From a virus (Duplodnaviria > Caudoviricetes): a stretch of DNA of 40,868 bases. This document shows, in pieces, positions 1 to 7,945 of the stretch. Where the stretch lies: positions 1 to 40,868 of the IMG/VR virus record IMGVR_UViG_3300032239_001397. One strand, 5' to 3'. Position 1 is the stretch's first letter, and each line of letters starts with the position of its first letter. The position numbers and the translations under genes are program-made. A model generated the notes under the pieces. The model did no database searches. It had not been told where the DNA came from and saw only the letters and a list, made by a program, of their open reading frames with translations.

Positions 1-17
1 GTAGGTGAATTAAATAC
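1..17. repeat. Terminal overlap marking a circular assembly (copy 1)
   Basis: GTAGGTGAATTAAATAC at 1-17 is identical to 40844-40860; the reading frame is continuous across the join. Confidence 0.9.
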
Positions 18-399
18 TCATTGTCCGGAATTGAGGTATACTGAGGTTTTTGTTATTGATTATAAAGATGGTAACGCTCCAGTTGAAGTTAAAGATAATA
101 AACAACTTGAGTATTATGCTGCCGCTTTTGATAGTGATATTGGGTTGAGCACTTATGCTACCAAATACCGAATTGGTATTATTCAACCCCGTGTCGCCCA
201 AGGTATCCAATGGGACGAATGGAGAATCTACGCGTACATTCAAAAAGTAGCTGAAAAGATCAAAGAAGAAGCAGACATTTGTGAAACACGACCGTTTACG
301 AAAGCAGGTGATTGGTGCAAGTACTGCCTTGCATCGGGTGCTTGCAAAGCAAACGCTGAAAGGATCATGGGAATGGTAGGAGTGGACATTAATGTTTGA
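1..399 (+). CDS. Cas4-like PD-(D/E)XK exonuclease (DUF2800 family), 3' part of a gene starting at 40481 (about 253 aa in total)
   Basis: Frame continues from 40481 across the circular join; VIDYKDG (D-x-K), QLEYYA, IIQPR and the C-terminal Fe-S-type WCKYC-x5-C motif. Confidence 0.85.
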   Translation, partial: VGELNTHCPELRYTEVFVIDYKDGNAPVEVKDNKQLEYYAAAFDSDIGLSTYATKYRIGIIQPRVAQGIQWDEWRIYAYIQKVAEKIKEEADICETRPFTKAGDWCKYCLASGACKANAERIMGMVGVDINV

Positions 400-862
400 C
401 AAAGAAGCACATACACTTTCAGACGAGCAAATCGCAAAGATCGTTAAATTGGCACCTGTGATCGAACGGTTTTTGAAGAACGTCAAAGCCGAAGTGATCA
501 TGCGTGCAGAACGCGGACAAACGGTAGAAGGAACCAAGGTTGTAGAGGGTCGTGTCAGTTACGATTGGAACATTCCGGAAGACAAGCTTCTAAAAGTGTT
601 TAAGAAACTGGGTGTTCCGAAAGAGTGCTGGTACGAACAGGTGCTGTCACCCAACAAGCTTAAGAACTTGACGTGGGTAGACAAAGACGGTAATCCTGAG
701 GGGCTGACGGCGGAGCAAGTTGAGCTAATTTACCGAGAATACGTTAAGAAAGTACCCGGCCGCCCGACAGCGACAATTGCTAACGATCGACGAAAAGCAG
801 TAGACTTTACAGGATCTGTGCAACTTACCAATCTCTTTAAACAAGCAAACAGCAAGGAATAA
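392..862 (+). CDS. DUF2800 C-terminal-like protein encoded as a separate ORF
   Basis: LSDEQIAKIV...G.KVVEGR..Y.W...LSP.KL resembles the C-terminal half of phage DUF2800 proteins; own AGGAG ribosome-binding site. Confidence 0.7.
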   Translation: MFDKEAHTLSDEQIAKIVKLAPVIERFLKNVKAEVIMRAERGQTVEGTKVVEGRVSYDWNIPEDKLLKVFKKLGVPKECWYEQVLSPNKLKNLTWVDKDGNPEGLTAEQVELIYREYVKKVPGRPTATIANDRRKAVDFTGSVQLTNLFKQANSKE

Positions 863-866
863 GAAA

Positions 867-1520
867 ATGTCAAATCTCGAATACAAAAACTCAAAACCCC
901 TTTTGCTGACCGGTCGTCTTGCTTTTATGAGCATTCTGACCCCAAAAGGTTCTAAACAAAACCCTGATCGTAAAAGCTATCGTGCAGCAATCTTGTTGCC
1001 CAAAGGGTCCGACGACGAAAAGCTGCTGATGGGTACTATCAAAGAGCAAGTTGCAGGGTACTTCGGTAAAACTGCTAAAGCGCACTTTACCCAATTTGAT
1101 TCGACCCCCGGTCGTCGTTGCTGGGCTGACGGAGATACGTTCTTCGATTCGGAAGGTAATGTTGCAGCAGGTTTTGAAGGGCAAACGCTGTTCACTTCAC
1201 TGCGCCCTGAGGGTAAACCTCCGTTGATTTTTGATACGGACGGTAATGAAATTAAACCGTCGGATACGGTGAAATGGCAAGCTGAGGGTCGTAAGTTCTA
1301 CCGTGGTTGCAATGTGACCGTATGCTCCAAAATTTGGCTGCAAGACGGTGCAAACGCAGGCGTTCGGTGTGAACTGTTGGCTATCCAATTCAAATCGGAT
1401 GGTGAGCGTTTAGCCGGTCAAGGTGATGAACCCGACGTCAAATCCCTGTTTAGCAAAGCACCGGCATCTGACACTAAACCCTTCGGATCCGCACCGTCGT
1501 TTGTTGATGACGAGGATTAA
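867..1520 (+). CDS. Single-stranded DNA-binding protein (DUF2815 family)
   Basis: GRLAF, ADGD, FYRGC.V, GVRCELLAIQFKSDGERL motifs and acidic tail FVDDED; lies between the nuclease and the polymerase. Confidence 0.85.
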   Translation: MSNLEYKNSKPLLLTGRLAFMSILTPKGSKQNPDRKSYRAAILLPKGSDDEKLLMGTIKEQVAGYFGKTAKAHFTQFDSTPGRRCWADGDTFFDSEGNVAAGFEGQTLFTSLRPEGKPPLIFDTDGNEIKPSDTVKWQAEGRKFYRGCNVTVCSKIWLQDGANAGVRCELLAIQFKSDGERLAGQGDEPDVKSLFSKAPASDTKPFGSAPSFVDDED

Positions 1521-1528
1521 GTAAGGCA

Positions 1529-1548
1529 GCGCCCGTGAAAGCGGGCGC
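1529..1548 (+). terminator. GC-rich hairpin with GAAA tetraloop after the SSB gene
   Basis: GCGCCCGT-GAAA-GCGGGCGC; no U-tract, so it may stabilise or attenuate the transcript rather than terminate it. Confidence 0.45.
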
Positions 1549-1569
1549 ACTCTGACACATGGGAAATAT

Positions 1570-3408
1570 ATGAAAAAATGGATCTACGACATAGAGACAT
1601 ATCCGAACGTTTTTACAATCGCACTGGAAAGAGCAGACACTCAAGAAACAGCGTCGTTTGAAATCAGTGATCGGGTCAACGACTCCAAGAAAATCATAGC
1701 TTTTTTGAACCAAAACGTTGACCAAATGATCGGGTTTAATAACCTCGGCTTCGATTACCCTGTGCTTCATATGCTTTTGACGATGGGGTTTTCTAACGCT
1801 AAGACGTTATATGACAAAGCTCAGGCGATCATTGATTCACAGTCGGGTGGTGGGTATGACTTCACACACTTAATCCCTTCGTGGAAACACATACACCCAC
1901 AACTTGATCTGTTTAAGATCCACCACTTCGACAATAAATCTCGTAAGACAAGCCTCAAAGCTCTTCAATTTGCCATGCGTATGGATACGTTAGAGGATCT
2001 TCCGTTTGATGTCGGTGTACCTTTAACCGATGATCAGATTGATGAGCTTAAGAAGTATAACGCGCATGACGTTTATGCGACGAAGCTCTTTTATCATCAC
2101 ACGTTACCGATGATCGAGTTTCGAGAGAAGCTTTCAGAAAAATCAGGGTTTAACTACACCAACCACAGCGATACAGCGATCGGTAAAAGGTTTTTCATAA
2201 CCGCTCTTACCGAAGCCGGTATTCAGTGTTACGACGAAAACAGAAAACCAAGACAAACACCTCGACCGTTCATCGACTTAAAAAATTGCATCGCACCTTG
2301 GATCAAATTTAAACATGAAGGGTTAGAAAAGATCCGATTGTGGTTGTTGGATCAGACGATCACTGAAACAAAAAGCGTGTTTAAAAAGTTATCTACCGAG
2401 GTTCGAGGTGCGAAAGTAGTTTTCGGGCTTGGTGGTATTCATGCCTCGATCAACAATGCAATCGTAAGGGCAGACGATGAGACGTTGATCATCGACCTAG
2501 ACGTTGCGTCGTACTACCCCAACGTTGCAATCGCTAACAGGTTTTATCCTGAACATTTAACGCATCTATTTTGCGATGTGTACGAAAACCTGTTCGAGAT
2601 AAGAAAAGGACATGCAAAAGGAACCGTCGACAATGGTGGTTACAAACTAGCATTGAATGCGGTGTATGGCGATAGCAACAACCCACGCAGCCCGTTTTTC
2701 GATCCTTTGTTTACCATGCGAGTGACGCTTAACGGTCAGCTTTTCTTGTGCAAGTTGATTGATTTGCTACTTAAAATTGAAAGTTTGCAGGTCATTCAAA
2801 TGAACACCGACGGTATCACGGTGTCTGTGGCTAAGGTTGACGAGGATCGGTTTAACAAGATCGTTGATAACTGGCAGCAACAATTACGTCTTGTGATGGA
2901 AAGAACCGATTACCAAACGATGTGGGTCCGCGATGTGAACACTTACATGGCGTTATCCACATCGGGGAAACTGAAAAAGAAAGGAGCATACGCACACGAG
3001 ATAGAATGGCACAAAGATCACAGTGCACTGGTGGTCCCGCAAGTTGCTGAGTTGGCTTTGACCAAAGGAGCACCTATTCGTAAAACCATCGAATCTTGGG
3101 AAAATCCTTACGACTTCCTTATTCTGATAAAAGCTAACCGAGGGCATCGGTTGTCATTAGCAGACGATGAAAGGACACAGAACCGTGAGTTTATTCAACG
3201 GGTATCACGGTACTACGTTGCCGACGGGGGGCAATATCTGTGGAAGCACATGCCCCCGTTAAAAGATAAAACAGAGGAACGAGTCAATGCCGTTGAAAAA
3301 GGGTGGAAGGTGCATGTCTGCAACGACATCAAAGACTTCGGGAAATACCCCATCGACTATGATTATTATGTGGAGGAGGTAGAGAAGTTATGCCTGAAGC
3401 TAAAGTAA
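1570..3408 (+). CDS. DNA polymerase, family B-like, with N-terminal 3'-5' exonuclease
   Basis: ExoI YDIET, ExoII GFNNLGFD, ExoIII YNAHD; polymerase motifs DLDVASYYP, KLALNAVYG, QMNTDG. Confidence 0.9.
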   Translation: MKKWIYDIETYPNVFTIALERADTQETASFEISDRVNDSKKIIAFLNQNVDQMIGFNNLGFDYPVLHMLLTMGFSNAKTLYDKAQAIIDSQSGGGYDFTHLIPSWKHIHPQLDLFKIHHFDNKSRKTSLKALQFAMRMDTLEDLPFDVGVPLTDDQIDELKKYNAHDVYATKLFYHHTLPMIEFREKLSEKSGFNYTNHSDTAIGKRFFITALTEAGIQCYDENRKPRQTPRPFIDLKNCIAPWIKFKHEGLEKIRLWLLDQTITETKSVFKKLSTEVRGAKVVFGLGGIHASINNAIVRADDETLIIDLDVASYYPNVAIANRFYPEHLTHLFCDVYENLFEIRKGHAKGTVDNGGYKLALNAVYGDSNNPRSPFFDPLFTMRVTLNGQLFLCKLIDLLLKIESLQVIQMNTDGITVSVAKVDEDRFNKIVDNWQQQLRLVMERTDYQTMWVRDVNTYMALSTSGKLKKKGAYAHEIEWHKDHSALVVPQVAELALTKGAPIRKTIESWENPYDFLILIKANRGHRLSLADDERTQNREFIQRVSRYYVADGGQYLWKHMPPLKDKTEERVNAVEKGWKVHVCNDIKDFGKYPIDYDYYVEEVEKLCLKLK

Positions 3409-3539
3409 AAGAATATCACATCACAGATGATGACCAAAATGTCTGGGGTGAACTTAAACTTGTGGAAGTGCTGGTTTGGTTTAAAGGGTCTTTATATTAT
3501 TTACAAGGGTTGGATAAGTTATGTCTCAGACCAAAATGA
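3390..3539 (+). CDS. Small hypothetical protein (49 aa, absent from the ORF track), paralog of the next gene
   Basis: GGAGGAGGT upstream of ATG; MPEAKVKEY...LVEVLVWFKG...; exactly fills the gap between neighbours. Confidence 0.65.
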   Translation: MPEAKVKEYHITDDDQNVWGELKLVEVLVWFKGSLYYLQGLDKLCLRPK

Positions 3540-3724
3540 AACGAGTAGTGAAATACGATATTGGGCAAAAGCTTGATGACGGAGAAAAAGAAATCACCAT
3601 CGTCGAGGTGTTGGTACACTTCGATGGGTTCATAGAATACGAAACTGTCAGCAAAGGGCAGTACGAAACGTACAGTGAGTTAGATCTTGATGACATGGAG
3701 AAAAATAAAAATGGGGGATCTTGA
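3521..3724 (+). CDS. Small hypothetical protein
   Basis: 67-aa ORF overlapping both neighbours; contains IVEVLVHFDG. Confidence 0.7.
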   Translation: MSQTKMKRVVKYDIGQKLDDGEKEITIVEVLVHFDGFIEYETVSKGQYETYSELDLDDMEKNKNGGS

Positions 3725-3950
3725 AACAAACAAGCACCAATTTGGTGGTGATCATTATGTCAAAATGACCGTACAACCTTGGGACATTATCGCACAATGG
3801 TCTGTGTATGACCAACGTGCCTACTACCGAGGGAACGTTTTGAAATACGTTATGCGTGCTGATTGCAAGGATACACCGCTAGAGAATGCGCAGAAAGCAC
3901 TACATTACGCGCAAAAATGGGTTGAAACAGAAAGTAAAGTTGGGAAATAA
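3711..3950 (+). CDS. DUF3310 (SaV / T7 gp1.7-like) protein
   Basis: GGDHY...QPWDII...GNVLKYVMRA..K...KALHY signature; start placed after GGAG. Confidence 0.85.
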   Translation: MGDLETNKHQFGGDHYVKMTVQPWDIIAQWSVYDQRAYYRGNVLKYVMRADCKDTPLENAQKALHYAQKWVETESKVGK

Positions 3951-3951
3951 C

Positions 3952-4269
3952 GTGCTTGAAAAAGACATAGAAGCAAAAGGCTCTAAGTTTGCCAAAGAAC
4001 GTGGGCTTGAGCATTACAAGTTCACGTCACCTAACAGACGTTCAGTCCCTGATCGACTGGTATTGGGATACATCCTTCCTGAGCACCGCGCGATCGTGTC
4101 TCAATATGTACGGTTCATTGAGTACAAAAAGCCCGGTGGTGTGCTCACCACCGGGCAAGCCAGAGAATTGGGACGATTGACGGAATTGGGTTTTAAGGCT
4201 GACGTAGCCGACAGTGTTGAATTGGTTGAGAAATTCATGAAGGGAATGAACGGTGCGAAAGCCAAGTGA
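3952..4269 (+). CDS. VRR-NUC domain nuclease
   Basis: EKDIE...KFTSPNRRSVPDR...FIEYKKPGG.LT..Q; immediately upstream of the SNF2 helicase; GTG start inferred. Confidence 0.88.
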   Translation: MLEKDIEAKGSKFAKERGLEHYKFTSPNRRSVPDRLVLGYILPEHRAIVSQYVRFIEYKKPGGVLTTGQARELGRLTELGFKADVADSVELVEKFMKGMNGAKAK

Positions 4270-6580
4270 CCTTCACGATTATCAAAAACGTGCAGTCACT
4301 CATCAATCGGTCAACCGTTATACGATGCTGTGGCTCGACATGGGTTTGGGTAAAACGATCGTCACCCTAACCACCATCACACACCTCATTAAACAAGGTT
4401 TCCTGAAGTCCGTTTTGATTGTGGCACCGTTACGCCCTCTTAAGACGGTATGGCGTCAGGAAGCCCTCAAATGGACGCACACAAGCGGTTTAAAGTTTTC
4501 GTTGATATCCGGCACACCGGATCAACGCTTTAGGGCGCTTAACCGTAAAGCCGACGTGTACCTAATCAACAACGAAAACCTTAAATGGTTGAGTGATGTC
4601 ATCAAAAAAAAGCTGATCGACCGAGACAAACAGATTCCGTTTAACGGGATTGTTTGGGATGAAGTGACGAAAATGAAGAACAGCACGAGTAAGCGAGGTA
4701 AAGCTGTTCTTCCTATCGTCGGTAAAATGGATTGGATCACCGGGTTAACCGGAACACCCGCATCGAACGGGTATATCGACTTACACGGTCAATACCTTGT
4801 TGTCGATAAGGGGGAACGATTGGGGGTTTATAAGACGCACTTTATCGACGAGTATTTTTCGAAAGAGGGATACAAAACGATACCTCGATCGTTTTCTTTA
4901 GAGGAAATAAAAAAGAAAATCTCAGACATCACGTTGGAAATGTCTGCTGAGGAATACAACAAACTGCCTGACATGGTGGTCAACGATGTGGTGGTAGAAT
5001 TAACACCGGAGTTAAGAGCGGATTATGATTCCATGGAAAAGGATTTTTTCCTTCGATTGGATGCGGAAACCAACATCGAGTTGTTCAACAAAGCATCCCT
5101 GACAAACAAATGCTTACAATTTTCCAACGGTGCAGTGTACCTGGAACCGAGTAAACCTGAGTTTCATGAGATTCACGACTTAAAGCTGGAAGCGTTAGAA
5201 GAGATCATTGAGTCGGCACAAGGTAGCCCTGTTCTATGCTCTTATTCGTACAAAAGTGATGCGATCAGGATCATGGAACGGTTTAAAACCATCAAGCCGG
5301 TAAACCTAACGACATGTAAGTCTGATACCCAGCTCAAGAATGCCTTGGATTATTGGAAATCGGGTGATTGTAGGTTGATGATCGGCCATCCCGCTTGCCT
5401 TGGTGCCGACACAGAAGTTCTAACAGAGTTTAGAGGTTGGGTTAAAATTACGGAAGTTTTACGAACTGAAAAAGTTTTCGATGGTGTTGAATATGTGGTT
5501 CACGATGGGTGTTCGTATTCAGGGTATAAAAATACCATAAACCTATTCGGAATAACCATGACACCAAACCATAAACTTTTAATCAACGGTCAATGGGAAG
5601 AAGCTAAAAATGTTCAAGATACTGAAGAAAGTAAACGAAAGGGTTTATACGAGTGGGAAGCGACACCCGATTGTAGAAGCGGAATGTTTGAATTGCGGAA
5701 AAACTCAAGAATTGATACGCCAAAACGCCCTGAAATCCAATCGTCAGAAACAGGAACATTGCACTCATTGTATCAAGGAAACGTTTCATCGACTTACAGG
5801 ATCGCGGATATGGAGAATTTGGCAAGGTATCAAAAACCGAGCGTCCGACATTACGGACAAAAATTACGCGGGGCGTGGGATAACTATGATCGAGGATTGG
5901 AAATCTTTCGACAAGTTTTACAAAGATATGTCAACCGATTACGCCGATGGATTGACGATAGAACGGATCGACAACAACTTACCATACTCTCGTATCAATT
6001 GCCGATGGGCTACCAACATGGAACAGCAAAAAAACAAACGAAACAATCGGTATTTAGAATACAAAGGGGAGAAAATTCATTTAGCGGAACTGGTGCGAAG
6101 ATCAGGGTTTTCCAAAGTTATGCTTACGAGGAGATTGAATCTGGGAATGTCCGGGGACGAAGCAGTGAAAGATTGCAAAGAAACTTCCTATGGGAAAAGT
6201 CAAGAACCGAAGAACATCAAAAGGAGACAAAAGCGCATGTCTACGATTTGGTCAACTGCGGCCCACGACATAGATTCTTAATACGCAACAAAAATGGTGA
6301 AGTGTTTATCTCACATAATTCCATGGGACACGGTGTTGACGGATTACAGGATACAGGATCTACGTTGGTATGGTTCGGATTGACATGGTCGTTGGATCTG
6401 TACAGTCAGTTCAATGCACGGATACGACGACAAGGGCAAAAGAAAGCCATTGTCTGCCATCGTATCCTTACTAAAGACACGTTTGACCAAGCGCAAATGC
6501 TGGCTTTAAACGATAAAGCAGATGATGAAAACTCGTTAAGAAAAGCAATCGGTGAATACAGGAAAATGAAGTATGGATGA
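4253..6580 (+). CDS. SNF2-family helicase precursor containing an intein (about 467 aa after splicing)
   Basis: DMGLGKT, WDEV, LTGTP, HPA/SMGHG split by the insertion, QFNARIRRQGQ. Confidence 0.93.
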   Translation: MRKPSDLHDYQKRAVTHQSVNRYTMLWLDMGLGKTIVTLTTITHLIKQGFLKSVLIVAPLRPLKTVWRQEALKWTHTSGLKFSLISGTPDQRFRALNRKADVYLINNENLKWLSDVIKKKLIDRDKQIPFNGIVWDEVTKMKNSTSKRGKAVLPIVGKMDWITGLTGTPASNGYIDLHGQYLVVDKGERLGVYKTHFIDEYFSKEGYKTIPRSFSLEEIKKKISDITLEMSAEEYNKLPDMVVNDVVVELTPELRADYDSMEKDFFLRLDAETNIELFNKASLTNKCLQFSNGAVYLEPSKPEFHEIHDLKLEALEEIIESAQGSPVLCSYSYKSDAIRIMERFKTIKPVNLTTCKSDTQLKNALDYWKSGDCRLMIGHPACLGADTEVLTEFRGWVKITEVLRTEKVFDGVEYVVHDGCSYSGYKNTINLFGITMTPNHKLLINGQWEEAKNVQDTEESKRKGLYEWEATPDCRSGMFELRKNSRIDTPKRPEIQSSETGTLHSLYQGNVSSTYRIADMENLARYQKPSVRHYGQKLRGAWDNYDRGLEIFRQVLQRYVNRLRRWIDDRTDRQQLTILSYQLPMGYQHGTAKKQTKQSVFRIQRGENSFSGTGAKIRVFQSYAYEEIESGNVRGRSSERLQRNFLWEKSRTEEHQKETKAHVYDLVNCGPRHRFLIRNKNGEVFISHNSMGHGVDGLQDTGSTLVWFGLTWSLDLYSQFNARIRRQGQKKAIVCHRILTKDTFDQAQMLALNDKADDENSLRKAIGEYRKMKYG
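5396..6319 (+). mobile_element. Intein (308 aa) inserted in the helicase HPA|SMGHG motif
   Basis: Block A CLGADTEVLT, block B TPNH, block F VYDLVN, block G ISHN followed by Ser+1; removal restores HPASMGHG. Confidence 0.93.
5610..6281 (+). CDS. HNH homing endonuclease nested in the +1 frame of the intein
   Basis: CLNC / CTHC pairs, WQGIKNR, NYAGRGI, W.SFDKFYKDM, TIERIDNNLPYSRINCRWATNMEQQKNKRNN and a C-terminal HTH-like segment, all typical of phage HNH endonucleases. Confidence 0.9.
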   Translation: MFKILKKVNERVYTSGKRHPIVEAECLNCGKTQELIRQNALKSNRQKQEHCTHCIKETFHRLTGSRIWRIWQGIKNRASDITDKNYAGRGITMIEDWKSFDKFYKDMSTDYADGLTIERIDNNLPYSRINCRWATNMEQQKNKRNNRYLEYKGEKIHLAELVRRSGFSKVMLTRRLNLGMSGDEAVKDCKETSYGKSQEPKNIKRRQKRMSTIWSTAAHDIDS

Positions 6581-7003
6581 TTATTTAGATGTCCCTTTAA
6601 GCTTGTCAAATGAGCGCATACCACCTAATCCAAGCATTCCCATAAGAACAGTGGTCATTGTCCCCATATCGAATGCGGGTAAAGGCACGGGAGTACCGTT
6701 CACGGCTAACACAAATACGGCTACCGGTTGTGCAACGTAATGATACCCGAAAGCTGAAACACACACCCAAGCACAAGCAGGACGCCAGCCTGATACGAAC
6801 AAGGAAGAGCTTTGAGCCTCTTCCTTGTTGATGTCCGTCTGCTGTTGTGCGAGTTGGAGAGCAGCATCGATCTGTTTGAAATCATCGGCTTGCTTGAGTT
6901 TAGCGAGCTCAAGCTGCATCTGAGCCTGGGCTTGTGGATCAGGGATGAACTTGTTCACCACCTGAACCACACCACCGATGATGTCATCGAGTCCTAGCAT
7001 CAA
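6581..7003 (-). CDS. Holin-like membrane protein (3TM, GTA-holin / DUF3154 type)
   Basis: KFIPDP..., EAQSSSLFVSGWRP..GW-like segment, LMGMLGLGGMRSFDK; lies in the lysis cassette. Confidence 0.8.
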   Translation of the reverse strand: MMLGLDDIIGGVVQVVNKFIPDPQAQAQMQLELAKLKQADDFKQIDAALQLAQQQTDINKEEAQSSSLFVSGWRPACAWVCVSAFGYHYVAQPVAVFVLAVNGTPVPLPAFDMGTMTTVLMGMLGLGGMRSFDKLKGTSK

Positions 7004-7009
7004 CAGCCT

Positions 7010-7276
7010 TTAGGCTTCGGTTTTTTCGTCGGTTTGGGCATCGGTTTCGACATTGTCATCGGTTTCGACATTGTCATCGGCATCGCTTTGGTCATCGGCT
7101 TCGGCTTCTTCATCATCTTCTCCTGTAAGTTCTTCTTTGATTTCTGCAATGATGTCTTCAATGGCTTCTACAGCCCGATCAAACAGTGTATCGGTAGCGG
7201 AATCATTTTCAAGAGCAGCATCCGGAATCACTTGATCTTTAGCCTCGTTAAAGTCCAACTCGTCAGTCATAGGCAC
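7010..7276 (-). CDS. Highly acidic hypothetical protein
   Basis: 88-aa D/E-rich ORF with AGGGG upstream; fills the gap between endolysin and holin. Confidence 0.7.
   Translation of the reverse strand: MPMTDELDFNEAKDQVIPDAALENDSATDTLFDRAVEAIEDIIAEIKEELTGEDDEEAEADDQSDADDNVETDDNVETDAQTDEKTEA
7039..7080. repeat. 18-bp in-frame tandem repeat (DDNVET x2)
   Basis: CATCGGTTTCGACATTGT twice plus a partial third copy. Confidence 0.85.
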
Positions 7277-7278
7277 CC

Positions 7279-7722
7279 CTAAGATAAAAACAAAGCTTTC
7301 TCAGCAGCCCGGCGTTTAACAAGTCCGGGTAACACTTCACCACCACCGTGAACCCATTTATCGAACTCATCGGCTGCACCTTTTATGTCACCTTTGTTTA
7401 ATTTAGTCAACAAAGTGCTACCGCGTAGTTTACCGACGCCAAGGTTATAAACAAAAGAGACCAGTGCATCAAAACGATTTTGACTTAAAGGTACGGATAC
7501 ACAATTGCTTACACCTTTTTCATATTTAAAAAGCGTTATTTTTAAAAGTCTTAAAGCTTCGTATTCTGTAATAGGATCATCGTTCATCGTAACAGGATCA
7601 TTATCTTCGTAATACGTACTTCCGTACCCGATCGTAGGAACCCCGGCAGGACAAATGTAAGGTTTTGACGAAAAGCCTTCAAATTCTTTGATTAAATCAA
7701 TTCCGTTTATTGACGTTTGCAC
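7279..7722 (-). CDS. Endolysin, GH24 (T4/lambda-21 type) lysozyme
   Basis: IKEFEG...YICPAGVPTIGYG, FDALVSFVYNLG, GLVKRRAAEKALF; GTG start after AAGGAG. Confidence 0.93.
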   Translation of the reverse strand: MQTSINGIDLIKEFEGFSSKPYICPAGVPTIGYGSTYYEDNDPVTMNDDPITEYEALRLLKITLFKYEKGVSNCVSVPLSQNRFDALVSFVYNLGVGKLRGSTLLTKLNKGDIKGAADEFDKWVHGGGEVLPGLVKRRAAEKALFLS

Positions 7723-7945
7723 TTGTAGTCTCCTTTGCCAAATCGACAAAACCTATGATGATTTGAGACAGTCCCCATAACAAAGCACTAATGTAATACA
7801 ACTTAAAGAAAATAGCAAACGCTGCGGTTGCGGTTAAAGAATAAGAAACTGAGACCGCAGGGTTTGTTTTTGGTGTGAGGTTATTGCATACGCACACGCT
7901 ATGTACAAATGCGCCAACCCCGACAATTTCATTAAGTGATATCAC
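7697..7945 (-). CDS. Small membrane protein in the lysis cassette
   Basis: Hydrophobic segments; GTGA overlap with the upstream gene's stop codon. Confidence 0.6.
   Translation of the reverse strand: MISLNEIVGVGAFVHSVCVCNNLTPKTNPAVSVSYSLTATAAFAIFFKLYYISALLWGLSQIIIGFVDLAKETTSANVNKRN

Noticed and set aside
1-17. Biological direct terminal repeat or att site
   Set aside because: It falls mid-gene and is followed by adapter sequence, so it is best explained as assembly overlap
10-537. 175-aa minus-strand ORF
   Set aside because: Antisense shadow of the DUF2800 genes with no recognisable motif
5604-5825. Third overlapping ORF (minus strand) inside the intein
   Set aside because: Short, no motif and no clear ribosome-binding site; expected by chance
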